From NCBI RefSeq assembly GCF_009914755.1, contig NC_060939.1: a stretch of DNA of 64,000 bases; one strand, 5' to 3'. Made by a program: the position numbers and the translations under genes. This document shows, one piece after another, positions 29,564 through 43,059 of this stretch. The stretch's first letter is position 1. Every line of letters begins with the position of its first letter. This DNA is from the human T2T-CHM13v2.0 reference genome, Homo sapiens. Under the pieces are notes generated by a model. It did no database searches. It saw only the letters and a program-made list of their open reading frames with translations, and was not told the origin of the DNA.

Positions 29564-29589
29564 CTAATAAACAGGAAAATGCCCATATG

Positions 29590-29895
29590 CATGCATGTCT
29601 TCATATAAATACTCATAAAATGAACACATCTGTGAAACAGACACCCAGATCAAGAAACAGAATACAGCACCCCAGAAATCCCTTTTGTGCCCCCTTCCAG
29701 TCACTAGTCCCCAAAGGATAACCACCATTCAGACTTCTGGCACCACTGATTCCTTTTGCCGTTTTGAACTTTTGCAAATGGAATAAAGCAGTACAGACCC
29801 TTTTGAGTCTGCCTTCCTTTGCTCAACATTACATGTCTGAGCTTCATCCATTGTTACATGTAACAAACTGTTGTTCATTTTCATTTTTGCATAGT
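29590..29895 (-). mobile_element. L1ME-like fragment
   Basis: cccagatcaagaaacagaa...gttttgaacttttgcaaatggaat...gccttcctttgctcaacat. Confidence 0.75.
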
Positions 29896-30139
29896 TAAGA
29901 CTTAATGAAGAGCTAAAATCAATGAGAGGGCCCTGAGTCTACACTAGGGTGCTCACTGACAGCCAAGTAAAGAGGTTTATATTGAGCTCTCCAGACATCA
30001 GGATGATCCCCCTGCTCTTCTTCCTGCAGTCCCATGCCTTCCTCCTAGAAGGCTGCAGAGGCAGAAGGTGGGGCCTTGACACCCCAAAACTACTCCAAAG
30101 GCTCGATCTGTTCACTGTTGAAGGCCAGAAGCTCTTGAT

Positions 30140-30350
30140 CATGAACACTTACCCCATGCCCAGCTCTGAGAGGGATTCCCGACTCAGCATCTCATTTCAT
30201 CCCCACAACCATGAGCTAGGTAATGGTACTATTTCTGTCTTACAGGTAAAAAAGCTGAGGCTCAGAGAGGGCAGGTTGTCTAATGTTGCACAGCTAGGAC
30301 AGGAACCCAAACCCCAACCCATGTGACCCCAAAGGCCAAACCTCTCCACC
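30140..30350 (-). mobile_element. MIR
   Basis: atctcatttcatccccacaacc...ttacaggtaaaaaagctgaggctcagagagg. Confidence 0.75.
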
Positions 30351-30399
30351 ACTCTGTGTTGGCAGGGAATTCACCACCTGGATCTGGTCCCCACCCATG

Positions 30400-30825
30400 C
30401 CCCCAGCCTCATGTAACGCTGCTTGCCCCGGCCTGCTTTCCAAGGCCACACTGGCCTCCTGCGGGTTCCCCAGGTCCCAGGCACTTCCCCACTTCAGGGC
30501 TCATCCATGCTGCTGACTTTGCTTTTGCATTTACCCTTCAGTTCTCAAATGAACAGTCACTTCCTCAGAGCAATCTTCTCTAACCACCCAGATGGAATTA
30601 CATCCCCATGCCCCATCAATCCCTTGCAGGGCATCCTTTTCTCTCATTTCTTAGCCCTTAACACACCTTATGGTGATTTATCCTTTAGCATCCACTTGTC
30701 TAGTGCCTTTCTCCACCAGCCTGGGGAGCATAAACTGCCAGAGGACAGGACTGTGTCTGTTTTGTTTTCCACTGCTTGGATGGTGCGTGGCACACAGTAG
30801 GTCCTCAAGAATACGTTAAATGAAG
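30400..30825 (+). mobile_element. L2 3' region
   Basis: taaactgccagaggacaggactgtgtctgttttgtt...gtggcacacagtaggtcctcaagaatacgttaaatgaa. Confidence 0.7.
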
Positions 30826-31974
30826 AACAGGAGGGCAGGAGAGAAGAATAGGACTGTCCCTTCAGAAGCTGAGTGGTCATTCAAAGGCAGCTCTAGTTCT
30901 AGCCTGTTCTGTGGCCCCAGGCAAGACCCTTCCCCTCTCTGAGCCTCCATTTCCTCAACTGTCAAGTGAGAGGCCTGGAAGAGAGGACCTCTAAAGGCCT
31001 TCTAGGTCATCTGGCCTAGACCACAAATCCTAGGACATCTGACCACTCCAAAGGCCCCTGGCCCCTAGTCCCTGGGCCTCCCCTGCTGCTTACTCACCTT
31101 TTGCCCCATTAGCACTTTAGAAGAGTAGGGGAGGTGAGAATCACCCCAAGACACCCCAGGCTATGAGCTGCATGGGATCTCCACACCCTGTTGCAAGTGG
31201 AGGACCAGGAAACATGAGGTCTCTTCTGGGTCTAATAGCACATGTCCTTGATATATGGGGTCAGGGAGAGACAAGACTAAGAAGGAATTATAAATGCAAT
31301 CCCCAGGAAACTGCTTCTACTTCCTTCTTCAGAGTCCCACTCCCCACAACTTCTCAGTTTCTCTGCCCACCCAGACTCTAGTCCAATCCAAGAATGCCCT
31401 TGTTAGCATGTATGTAACTGCCAGGGTGGAGCTCCAGGAGGGCAGAGACTGTCTCATCTTGCTCGTCTTTGTACCCACAGTACTCAGCACAGACCCCTGC
31501 ATGCAGGACATGGCCAAGTGAGGGCACTGAATCAAGCACCATTGGCAGGGCTGGCCGTGGTTTGTTGCCGAGAATGGCATCTTTCTGCTGGTGCCACCAA
31601 GGGCAGGAGAAGAACCTGAGGCACAGAGAACCGGCTTCCCATTCAGAGGCAGGCTCCAGCTGACCAACCCCAGCCTCTGGTCCTATGTCCTCTTCCTACC
31701 CCTTCACCAGGCCCAAGACTGGGAAAAGTCATCCCCCTCTGGGGTCTCTGCAGTTATTTGCTCCCCGACCCACCATCCAGCCAGCCAGGACTAACTCCCT
31801 GATCTTGAAGCACCTGCTGCCTTTCATTCTCTTTGGAGTGAAGCTCTTCTGGCTTTGAAGCTCTGTTTTATCTTTGAAAGTTTAAAAAAAAAAAAAGTAA
31901 GACAATTAGTCCTGACATAAGAGTTCTATAAAGGGAAAAAACTCCTGTTTTGCCTGTTGGATACAGTAGACACT

Positions 31975-32424
31975 TGTGAAAGGAAAATAAATCTTGGGGC
32001 CCCCACATCCCTAAGCTAAAGGGAAAAGTCAAGCTGGGAACTGCTTAGGGCAAACCTGCCTCCCATTCTATTCAAAGTCACCCCTCTGCTCACTGAGATA
32101 AATGCATATCTGATTGCCTCCTTTAGAAAGGCTAATTAGAAACTCAAAAGAATGCAACCATCTGTCTCTTATCTACCTATGACCTGGAAGCCCCCTCCCC
32201 ATTAGAGCCTTCCCATCTTTGCTTAGAGTTGGAGTTGTCCCGCCCTTCCAGACCAAACCAATGTTCATCTTGCATATTTGATTGATGTCTCCAGTCTCCA
32301 ACCAAACTGTGCTGTGACAACTTTGGGCACAGGTCCTGAGGCTGTCATGGGCATGCGTCCTCAATCTTGACAAAATAAATTTTCTAAATTAACTAACACC
32401 TGTCTCAGATTTTCTGGGTCTACA
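31975..32424 (+). mobile_element. MER4A/MER4A1 ERV1 solo LTR
   Basis: Starts tgtgaaaggaaaataaatcttggggcccc, ends ...taca; 4-bp TSD CACT at 31971 and 32425. Confidence 0.9.
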
Positions 32425-33755
32425 CACTCTAAATTCCCATGTTTTCATGCTGCGCTGTGTGTGAAGGGGTGAGGGTAGGTGCTCTGATGAGCATGTGTGA
32501 GTGTACAAGTGCCAAGCTCATGGGAGAGGGCATAACAGGTGTGCAGGTGCAAAATGGACTGGTCAGAACCTTGGCTATGTCACTCACTGGCTCAGCAACT
32601 TTGGGCAACTTGCCCAAACGCTGGACCACAGTTTCCTCATCTGGAAAAGGAGAGTAAAAATAATGCCTATTTCATGCATTGTTATGAGACTCAAACTTCA
32701 TGACTGGTGTTTTGTAATCACTACACTACCACCTAAATATTAGCAGCTGGTAGAAATGGAAGGCAAGAAAAGAGCTTCAGAAAATCTTAATTTCTATCCA
32801 AATCCTAACGATAGTACTTTCAGATCTGATTTTCACCCTGGCTGTGCTCTGGGCTCAGCAAACCTGAAAATGCACCAGTAACAAAGATCCCAGGAAAACT
32901 TCATGATGGGGCTCGTGTGGCTGGTTACTCAACATAAATCCATTCTCAGGAGGATTACCTCACCTCCCATTCAAGTTCTGAGCTTAAAACAAAACCCTGG
33001 GAACCATGGAGAATCCCAAGTGAGACTCAGAAGAAAACCAACAAGTCAGGTCTCCATCCAGAGCCTGGGGAAGCTTTATGAAAAAAGTAACAGATCAAAC
33101 AAGAATCATGAAGGTTGTCCCTGCCAGCTAGATTATGCTGAAAACACAGAACTCAACAATTCTCATCCCTTTTACTGGCAAGTCATTATTTCCAGAGCAA
33201 TGACCATGTGCAAAGTCACCCAGGCAGGTGAATAATCCTCAGGCTCATTTTTAAAGCTTCCCACTGGTCCTGTGGCCCTGCCTTCCAACACCAACTGACA
33301 ACTGTGCCAGAAGAAGCATGACTTTGGCTCCCTCGGCATCCCCCCACCTCTCACACAGTCTCCTACCTCCCCAGCTCCTCTCCGATGTCATAAAAGTCCT
33401 CCACCTTCTGCTGCTTGAATGGCTCCATGTTTGGACTCCTCATTGAGGCCTGGAACATACAATCCTGAAATGGGAAGAAACCTGTGGTTAGGACAGCCAT
33501 CCAAATTAGCACAAGCCTAAGAGTCTAAGGCCTAAACGTAATTGGCTGCAAGGGAGCTAATAATTTAGTAATAATCCACAGCCTTGGTTCTTCAAGAACT
33601 GCCCTGCTCAAGCCTTTTCTCACCTGCAGCTGATGATGTATGGTTCTTATTTGATTTATACGAATTCAAATTTGTTAAGGAGACAGGAAAGGAGAGCTCC
33701 TCAGGTCTTCAGATCTGTCTGAAGAAGTTCAGAGAAACATCCATGGTGAACTTCA

Positions 33756-34229
<474 letters not shown>

Positions 34230-36339
34230 TCAACTTCAAGTCATGAAATTATTTTGTAAACTAGAAAATGCTGTTAAAAGGTAAGGGATTATCATGACCT
34301 CAGCTCCCTCAGGTGTTGTACCACCCAACTGCGTGTCTGAACTAATCTGTAAACTCTCTCACTCATCAACCCCAAAGGAAAGATGGACAGGAGGAGTGAG
34401 GCAAATTCCTACAGGCACCAGGAGTCAGGAGCCTGAGGTGCTAGTTCCAGCTTTGCCTACAACTAGCTCTGTGATCTCCTTTCTTGTCAGAAGGGCCTCA
34501 GTGTCCTCATCTGTAAAACTGAGCCAACTCTGCCTGCCCCAGGCATCTCACTGAAAGCCATAGCCCAACTCTGAGCCATGGGGAGCACTTACCACTCCAA
34601 CAGAAAAGACTGTCTGCATCGTCTCCTGGGATCCCTCTGCCCCAAGAGGCTTACCCATTCCTGACAGCCATGTGCCACTCTGGACAACATCCCAAGAGCA
34701 GGGCGCAGGGCACAGTCTGCAAATCACAAGAATAAAACCAGCTGCCTGTGGATGTGTCTTCCAAGGGTCTTTAGCAAAGGCCTGTCAGAGCTCATTTTGG
34801 TTAGCACTGGCAGCTTTTCTGCTGACTGCCAATCAGATCCCAACCACACATGGGCTCCACGAACCCCAAAAGACTATTTTCACCAGGCTGGGTGGAGGCA
34901 CCATTATATAAGGGCACATCTCATCAATGCCAAGTGGCTGGAGCTGTCCTAACTCTCAGCGGGTGTATACATTTCACCCTCTTTCCACCACTTTAGCCCC
35001 CTGCAAACCAGAGCTTCATTACCAAGATGCCGCCTGCCTCTCTCCCTTCCACCAAGGCACACAGAGCCTGAAGACCCTCAGGCAGAGCTGGCCTGGTTCC
35101 CAGGGCTTACTCTCGTGGTCACCTGCCTGTGGGTGTCCAGGCTCCCTCATGCATCCTCCATGCTTGGCCAGGGCTGGAGCAAGCATGAAATAGTGAAAAG
35201 AGTAGGCTCCAGGAGCCCCAGTTCCAGACTAGCGTGAGTGTATATTAGCCCTGTGACCCACAGCAGGTGGGTACCCTCTCTGGGACTCATCCCCTCACCT
35301 GTAAACAGAGTGATACTATCTATATCACATACTTCACACATCCATGTGGGGATAAGGATATAAACTACTGTACAAATAAGAAAGATGATTATTACTGTGA
35401 TTTAACCCATGCCAGGGAGCCCTCTAGCAAGTTTAGCTTGACCATAATCAGAAGCTCGACGCCCCTCATCCCCAACATCCTGGCAAATCTCCCAAGACTG
35501 GCCCAGGGAGTAAAGGGAGTGCTATCTACCATCTTCTTTTCAATGGAAAAAAAAAATTCCTTCCAAATAAACAATTTGGGTCAGGTCCTGCAGGGTGGGG
35601 TTACCAATTTCACACAGCTAGAAGCAAGCAGGAAACTCCAAAAAAATTCTGTTGGCAGAAACCCTGAGAGTGGTCCCAGGAACAGCTAAGATCTCCCATT
35701 TGGTGAGAGGCCAGCTCCATTTGCTGAGAGCAGGATTCAAAGAAGCCCCAGTTCCCAGCAAAATGGTGAGCCTCTGCCTTGGGCTCTATATCCTGGGTGG
35801 CCAAGGTTAGGGGGGCAGGTGAGCCCCTTAGGGACAAACTAGGCCCACCAGTTAGGCTTTCGCTCATCTTTCCAGCCTTTGCCCCCTCCCTTATATATCC
35901 TATATTCCAGCCAAAGTTGACCTTTCCCATTCCCCTAAAACTTTCATCCCTGCTATATCTCGGCTGAAGTGAGGCCCTTGCCAGGTGAGGCCCAGCTGGA
36001 AAGCCCTGGAGAGTGGGCATAACTACCCACTTCCCACAAGACCCAGCCAAATGCTACCGTCTCTGTGCGGCTCCATGATCCTTGCCCTCCCAAAAACAGA
36101 TGACAATTCTCCACCTCTTCAAGTTCTCCCAGAGTGCTCTTCATACCTTTTTAGGGTTCGAGTTGATCATATTCTGGCTTATGTTTATGTCTAACCCAGA
36201 GGGAGAGAATAGATTCCACAGTCATCACACAGATCTGGGTTTAAATCCCAGCTCTGTCACTTACTGGCACATTGTCTTAGCTGAGCACAGGATAACTTTT
36301 GAGTTTCACATTCCTTCCATGGAAAATGAACGTAAGACA

Positions 36340-36915
36340 ATGTCTAGTGTTGGTGAGTATGTGCGGCAACTAGAGCTCTCAAACACTGCTGGGAGGGGTA
36401 TACACTGGGACCACCACTTTGGAAAACTGTTCAGCAATTTCTTTGGACATATCTAAGAGAAATGCATGCAGATGTTTTCCCAAATGATCCACGTTAGAAT
36501 GGTCACTGCAATACTATTAGTAATAACTAAAAATTGGAAACAACCAAATGGTTATCAATAGAAGACTGGATAAACAAATTGAGGTACTATATACCCATAC
36601 AATGGAATCATTATACAGCAATAAGAATTAACAAACTACTGCTACCTGCAACAACATGGATGAATCTCAGAAACATAATGTTGAATGAAAGTAGACAGAC
36701 ACAAAAGACTGCATACTGTGTGATCCCATTTAGGTAAAATTAATGCATGGTGCTAGATGTCAGCAGAGTGGCTATCCCCTCACTCAGGGGAGAGTTGGAA
36801 GGGGAGCTTCGGAGGCTTCAGAGTGCCAGCAATGTTGTTTCCTGATCTGGGTGGTAGTTAGATGGATATATGGGATGATTTTGTATGTGATCAAAATTTT
36901 ACATAATTTTTTAAA
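36340..36915 (+). mobile_element. L1ME-like 3' region
   Basis: ttggaaacaaccaaatggttatcaatagaagactggataaacaaatt...acatggatgaatctcagaaacataatgttgaatgaaa. Confidence 0.8.
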
Positions 36916-39490
36916 ATGAGACTAATGTGAGACAAATGAGATAACCCATGTGTAATGTTTTAAACGGTCCATGGATAACGTGAATTCCTTCCCTCCTCTT
37001 TGTGACTTGGAGCCCCATAAGGGCAAGAATTGTGACATTCCTACCTCTGTCCCCTTGTCGTAGGCTAGTACACAGTAGGCACTATATAAGTGTTGGCTGA
37101 TTTTAACTTAGTTCCCCAGCCTCCTTTCTCAAGGCCGCTGCTCAGATGCTCATCAGGTAAAACAACTGATAGCCACTTCAAGCACTTTCCTAACACCTCT
37201 CCTAAGGCGAATTTGCATTTTACCAGTTTAGAAACAAACTAAAGGGGTGAAACTGAAGTGGAATTATAGTCACCAGCTAGGACCCAGATAAGGAGCCAGA
37301 GGCACAAGGACCTTTCCAGCCTCGAAAAGCTGAAATCACATGGCAGAGGGAAGGGACACAGTTACAACTTTTGGCCAGAAGCACAGGCCATCAGCTCCAG
37401 ATGCTCCCAGGATGATACCCACCTTAATGCCCATGTTTCTCCTGATGGAGTCCTTGGAATTCAAATTCCTGCCTACAACTCTAATACCAGGCAACACTTC
37501 AGGGGGCTACCACAGATTTCCTAGAACCCCATAGATCATCTATTTAGGGATTTTTAGAACTGCTTCAGGATCACCAGGGTGAGAAGGGGAAGCCAGAGCA
37601 GTTCCACGTTATCCATACTATATGTTGGCGTTCTGGGTAAGAATTCACTGTGAAACAGAAGTTTGAAAACCACTGCTGTCTGGTCTAACCCACTTGTTTT
37701 TACAAGAGGAAGCTGAGATCCAGAAAGGGGAAGGGACTCACTGAGCATCATACAGGTGACCCATCCCGCTCCTCTTCCCAGGGCTTCTTCTGTTGATAGC
37801 CACCCCAACTCCTCCAAGATGTCACCAGGGTTGGCAAAGTCAGTGGCCTCCTGAGGGACAAGCTAGGAGGAGGTGTCTAGGGCTGGAAGATCACCTCATA
37901 GGAAACTCTCAACACTCAAGAAGCCCTCTCCACCACTGGCCCAGCTCACTCTGCAAAGTGAACTCTCTCAGTTCCTCATCCCACCTCACCAAGTGCAAGT
38001 GAGTGAAACGGGACCACAGCAAGAGGGCAGGCAATGGTTGGGCAAAACACACACGACCGTCTCATTACACACACCCCCATTAGGAATCATCACACTCAGG
38101 CTCTGGAGAGGCTGCCAACAGAAGGGATGGGGCTCCGGCATTACAGAGCTCCTCTCTACATTCCAGGCTTTGACCCATCACAGTCTCTAATGAGGAAGCT
38201 GGGGCCCACAGAAGGTCAGCCACCTGCCTGAGTTGACACAAGAAAAACTTGGTCTCTCTGGCAAAGATCCAGCTCCCTTGGGAAGCCTGCTTGTTCACCC
38301 CACAGCTAACAAATCGGGAGGCCTCAAGGAGGTGGGCAGGGTCAGTGCGGGTCTCATTCCTGCCAGCCAGGAACTTACCCCAGAGGAGCAGACCTCCAGC
38401 CACATCCACACACCCCTGACCCCTCTGCCCAAGTCTCCTCTGAAGGTGCTGAATCATCAGTGGTGCCACTTGAGGGTGCTCAAAAAACATCTTGGGAGAT
38501 GAGCGGTTTGGGGAAGGACAGGGCTGTGAAGTTAGCTGTGAAGAGGCCAAGGCACCACGGCCTCTTAGGTCAACAGGACTCTCCCAGGAATATCTTCCAC
38601 AGAGGCAGTTGGGAATCGCAGTGTCAGAAACCAGAGTGGCTGCCCTCCACAGGATTCCAGGATACAAGATGTCAGGCGCTGTCCCTGCACCTGCCCGCTT
38701 GCCCCCGAGGCAGCCAGCTATGGTGCCCTCTCCTCCAGTGTGCACCACTGCCTTACCATTACCTGCACGGCCTCAACGAGGCTCACCTCTCTGGACCTTG
38801 TTTTCTCTTTTGTAAAGTAAGAATACCAATTTCCACCGTGCAGAGTTACGGTGAGGGTTAGCCAGACCTATGCAAGCCTTGGGACCTCCAAAATGCCTAG
38901 CCCAGAGTCCTAGTCAACTGTTGGCAACGCCCTTCCAAGCCGTTCCACCCCAACCTGCAGCACACCTGCTGGCCGCCCCCACGCCCATCCTAGCTCTACC
39001 CCAGGCCGGGGCGCCTGACGGCGGGGACCCCAGCTTCATTCAGCCCCAGAGGAAGCTCAGACATCTGAGCACCCTCCTCGCATCACATCCTTGTGCCAGG
39101 CGGGAGCAAGAGGTGAGAGAGTCAGCCCAAGCTGAGAAGACTTGGCCGGGAGCCGGGCGTGCTCTGCCCGTTCCAGGGGGCCTAACTCGATGGACGTCTG
39201 TCTCCCATCTCCCTGCTGGGTGCTTGGCTCTGCCCGCCGCCTCTACCCTGTCTCCCAGGTCAAAGTGCCAGGCTCCGGAGGGCGCCCCAGGGCAGCGGCG
39301 GGCAGCTCCCGCGCTCGGGTGCCGGCCACAATGCCCCGGGCCACGGCGTCAGGCATTGGGGCGGCGGGCCCGGGATCTGCGAGCGAGTGCCCCGGATCTC
39401 TTCGCCCCGCCAGCCCCAGACCCGGGCGCTGCTGCCGTCAGGCCGCGCGCCCCGTCCCGCCCATCGAGCCCGCAGACGGGTGCTACTCAC

Positions 39491-39610
39491 GGCGGGAGGC
39501 TGAGCTGCCGCGGTCGCGGCCGCGGCGGGCGCGGCGGGAGCGGCGGGCACGGCGGGAACGGGGGACGCGGCGGGGTGCGCTGGGCTCGGCCCTGCAGTCC
39601 TCTCCTCCCA
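39491..39610 (-). other. Probable non-coding first exon (5' UTR); 5' end approximate
   Basis: Minus strand reads ...GCAGCTCAGCCTCCCGCC|GTGAGTAG, a canonical donor inside the island core. No ATG in the exon. TSS position is inferred, not seen. Confidence 0.7.
39522..39575. repeat. GC-rich 9-bp tandem repeat (6 imperfect units)
   Basis: gcggcgggc gcggcggga gcggcgggc acggcggga acgggggac gcggcgggg. Confidence 0.8.
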
Positions 39611-39722
39611 GAGCGCCCGGCACCCGCCCGCCGAGCAGCCTAGGAGCCGAGGGGGCGGAGCGGCCAGCCCCGTCCCAGGCGCCGGCTGGAGGCGCGCCCG
39701 GCTGCCCGGGACGGGGCTCGGG

Positions 39723-39736
39723 GCGCCCCCTGCTGG
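39723..39736 (-). promoter_or_regulatory. CTCF core motif
   Basis: gcgccccctgctgg = CCAGCAGGGGGCGC on the minus strand, matching the CTCF core consensus, inside the CpG island. Confidence 0.7.
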
Positions 39737-40999
39737 AGCCCCCTCCGGACAGTCCCGGGGCGAGAGCCCAGCTTCCCGGCCGGGTAGGGGACACCTCAGG
39801 GCTCCCAGACTCCCGGGAGAGCGGGGAGAGTCGGTAGCAAGACCCTCTGCGCGTCCCTACCGGCTCTACCGCGCACATGCTGCGTGGCCTTGGGCAAGTC
39901 GGCTACCCTCCCCCGGCCTTATCTGGAAATCGATTTGAATGAGCTTATACGTATGACATGGTCTGGCACAATCCTCAGAAAATGGTACTTGTGTGCTCCT
40001 CTCCCCACCATACACACCGTGAGCGAGGAAGCCCCACTGAGGAATAGGCCGTCTCCTCCCTCCCAGCCAGAGCGCTCCCTACACCGCAGACTCTCCTGGA
40101 AACCTCAAGCCCACAGCGTACAGCAAGGTGGGGGCTGCGATGAGAAGGGCCGCTCTGCTCCTCACTGCCCCCGACCCAGCCTGAGAGCGGCCTGCCCTCG
40201 TTTGCCCTTTGTCCTGGCACGGTTGCTGAGTGAAGCCCCCCTCTCACCATCACGCCTTCTCTAATAGAGGACTTGGGAATGGGTTCCTCTCTCTGCCCTC
40301 TGCCAAAAAATCCCTGAGGAAAAAAGGAATGAGAGTGAGGGGGTGAAGGGAGGAAGGAAGGGAAAACAGAACTTAAGCCAAGTTCATTTGTCTTATTTCA
40401 AAACAAGAGGCTGTTTAGAGGAAGCAAATGAGGACCCCTCCAACCCCTGGAATTTCCATCCCTAAGTCACCCATGGGGCTCCTCAAAAGGGCCTTAGATT
40501 CAGAGTCCTACCACCAGGTTCAAAGCCCTGCCCTGCCACTCCGCATGTGTGTTCTTGGGCATGGCTCTTTCTTCATCAGTAAAGTGGGAGAAACGCACCT
40601 TCCGGTAGCTCCTAATGAAGCTATGGTGGGGCTGAGATGAGATGGAGTGTGTAAGATGCACCTAGAGGACCTCTACCAGTGTGAGCACACACACACCCTT
40701 CAGCCTTTTGGACACTGGGACAAATACAGATGGACCCCACCCCCCAGCTGAGCAGTGCCTCCGGGTGCAGGACATCCTCGGCAAAGAGTTCCTTGTTTAT
40801 AAACTTCACAATAATTCAGAACAGTGCAGCCAGCGAGCCTCCTCTCCTAAGAGCAGCATGATATATAGAGTAATATCCAAGACTAGAGGTGGTTTCTGAT
40901 GTCAACGGACCTAAGGGAATGACACCCACTGGTGAAGTTTCACCAACATGAGAAGTCCCCCACCAAACTATCCCTAAACACCTCTTCCTCCATTTCCAT

Positions 41000-41280
41000 T
41001 TACCTATCACTGGTGACAAACCATTACCAGCCTTGGTGGCACAGGACAACAGTTTCACTATGTTCATGCATTCTGAGGGACAGAAGTTCAGACAGCACAG
41101 TGTGTATGGCTTATTTCTGCTCTGCAGTGTCTGGGATTTCAACTGGGAACACCTGAATAGCTGGGGGCTGAAATCATCTGGAGATTTCTCCATTCTCATA
41201 CCCAGTACCTGGGCTGTGATGAATCCAAGGCTGGGCTCAGCTGACCCTGCTGATCACCTACATGTGGCCTCTCCATCTCT
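41000..41280 (-). mobile_element. MLT1-family MaLR LTR fragment (MLT1H/F-like)
   Basis: ctgggggctgaaatcatctggag...ggctgggctcagctg...cctacatgtggcctctccat. Confidence 0.65.
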
Positions 41281-41399
41281 TTCCCTTGAGCCTCATGCTT
41301 AATACCTCATTGTCAGCAGCAGCAGCCCCTTACATGAGTCAAAAGAGACATTCTTGGGTTTAGCAATTGACAAGTTAGTCAGAGTCCATTGCAGCTGGA

Positions 41400-41560
41400 A
41401 GGGTCATTGTCAATTGACCCTGGCCACTTTTCAGATGAGGAAACTGAGGCTCGGAGAAGGGAGGTGACTTGCCCAACATCACATAGCTGGTGAGAGACAG
41501 AGCTAGGATTAGAACCAGGCCTCCTCCAGATTCAGTCTGGTGCCCCTTCCACTGTACCTG
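41400..41560 (-). mobile_element. MIR
   Basis: ttttcagatgaggaaactgaggctcggagaagggaggtgacttgcccaacatcacatagct. Confidence 0.85.
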
Positions 41561-42550
41561 CCAGAATGCAACTATCTAGGAAGGTACCATCTGGAGATGC
41601 ATCTTATGCTTAAGGTTGGGTGAGTTCATCAGACCCTCACCTGAGGGCAGCGACAGGGCACTGAACACAGGACCAAGGTGGCCATCAGCAGAAAAGGGGA
41701 GGCCCCGAGGACAGTGGCAATGAAGACACAAATTCCAGAATGAAGCCAGAGGCAGTCCAGGTATTAAGAGCTAAGAATTATCCAACTCAGTTCCAGTCCC
41801 TGCATGGTTCCCATGGCTGACCAAATCGAGTGTTAATGCCTCACCCTAGCATTTAAGGCCCCAACCCTTATTTTCCTGCTGTGTATGCACATTCCCTTCC
41901 CTCCTCTGCATGCACATCCAGCTCTTTTGCCAGGTTGGATTATTGGCTGTTCCTGCCTCCATGCTTTTGTTCGTTTCCACTACCCTTCATCCCATTCTAC
42001 AAAATCTTATCTATCCTCTAAGAGCCTTCTAAAGTATCATGTCTTCCACAGAAACTTCCCTGGTCTGCCCTCTAAATACCTCTCTCCTTTGAACCTCACC
42101 ACTCTTGGTTGGTACATCTCTTGTCATCTTCCTTCCTCTATTTTAATTAGTGTCTACTTCTCCTTTTCTCAAGGGCAAGTACAATTTCTTGTCCATCTTT
42201 GAACCCATACAGTGCTTGATATCCCAAACCCAGTAAAGGTTTCTTAAACTGAATTAAGGAAGGTAAATATCACAAGGGGCCATAGCTGTCTTGTTTTCTA
42301 TTGTCCCCTAAGAGCACCCAAGCACCTGGCACTTAGTAGATGCTCAATAATCTTACTTCAAGTGCTTCACTTCTAGGGGGATGTCATTATCCTCTTTTAC
42401 AGATGATGTAACTGAGGCTTGAGAAATTTGATTTGCTCAAACTCATCCAATTTGTAAGTGGCTGAGCTGTGACATGAATCTTGCCTACTGGTCTCTGAAG
42501 CTATTCCCTCTGCTGCCTTCCCTCAACTGAAACTTCCAAGATTTCTAAAA

Positions 42551-42742
42551 CAGTGTTAATCTGGAACTTTTCAGTCCAGGCAGTACATCAGAATAACTGA
42601 GAATAACATGGGGTGCTTAAAATCCCCCATGCTTAGACTGCACCCTACATCAATTACATCAGAACCTCTGAGGATGAGTTCTGGGTATCAGTTTTTGTTA
42701 AACTCCCCAGGTGATTCCCAGTGCACAGGTTGAGACCCAGTC
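42551..42742. mobile_element. MER5-family hAT MITE
   Basis: caattacatcagaacctctg...aaactccccaggtgattccca...ggttgagaccca. Confidence 0.65.
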
Positions 42743-43059
42743 TGTTCATGTCACAGAGACCTAGGGAAATTCTCAACCCCCTCAATGACAAACACATCTG
42801 AGTACCTGCTTTGTAAAAGACATTCCAAGGGACTGTGAGATGGTAGAGTCACAGGACCTGTGCTTCCCAGGGATGAGAATACAAGCCCATAGATAAAGAT
42901 GTAACCATGGCAGGCAGCAAAGGGCACTAGTCATGGTGATATCCTAAAGCATACTTTGGTGCCTGGCAAGTTTACAGAGCCTAAAAACCTCCTGACAAGG
43001 GGGCAAGGTGGGGATTAAGATGCTGCATGTTGGCCATGGCAGATGGCACCTGGGTTGGC

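Larger units (their letters stand above)
38960..40260. promoter_or_regulatory. CpG island / probable promoter of a minus-strand gene
   Basis: Sharp rise in GC and CpG density against CpG-depleted flanks, strongest at ~39230-39890; NotI site GCGGCCGC at 39516; no repeat signature in the core. Confidence 0.92.

Noticed and set aside
35290-35312. Another minus-strand cag|gtgag juxtaposition
   Set aside because: Part of a MIR core with a short pyrimidine tract; such matches are common in antisense MIRs.
38870-39878. Overlapping 96-257 aa Pro/Ala/Arg/Gly-rich ORFs on both strands
   Set aside because: Stop-poor GC-rich island; no recognisable domain. The MPAAPAAP ORF starts at GTG and crosses the splice donor.
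43031-43050. CTCF-like tggcagatggcac
   Set aside because: Lacks the leading CC of the core; too weak to call.
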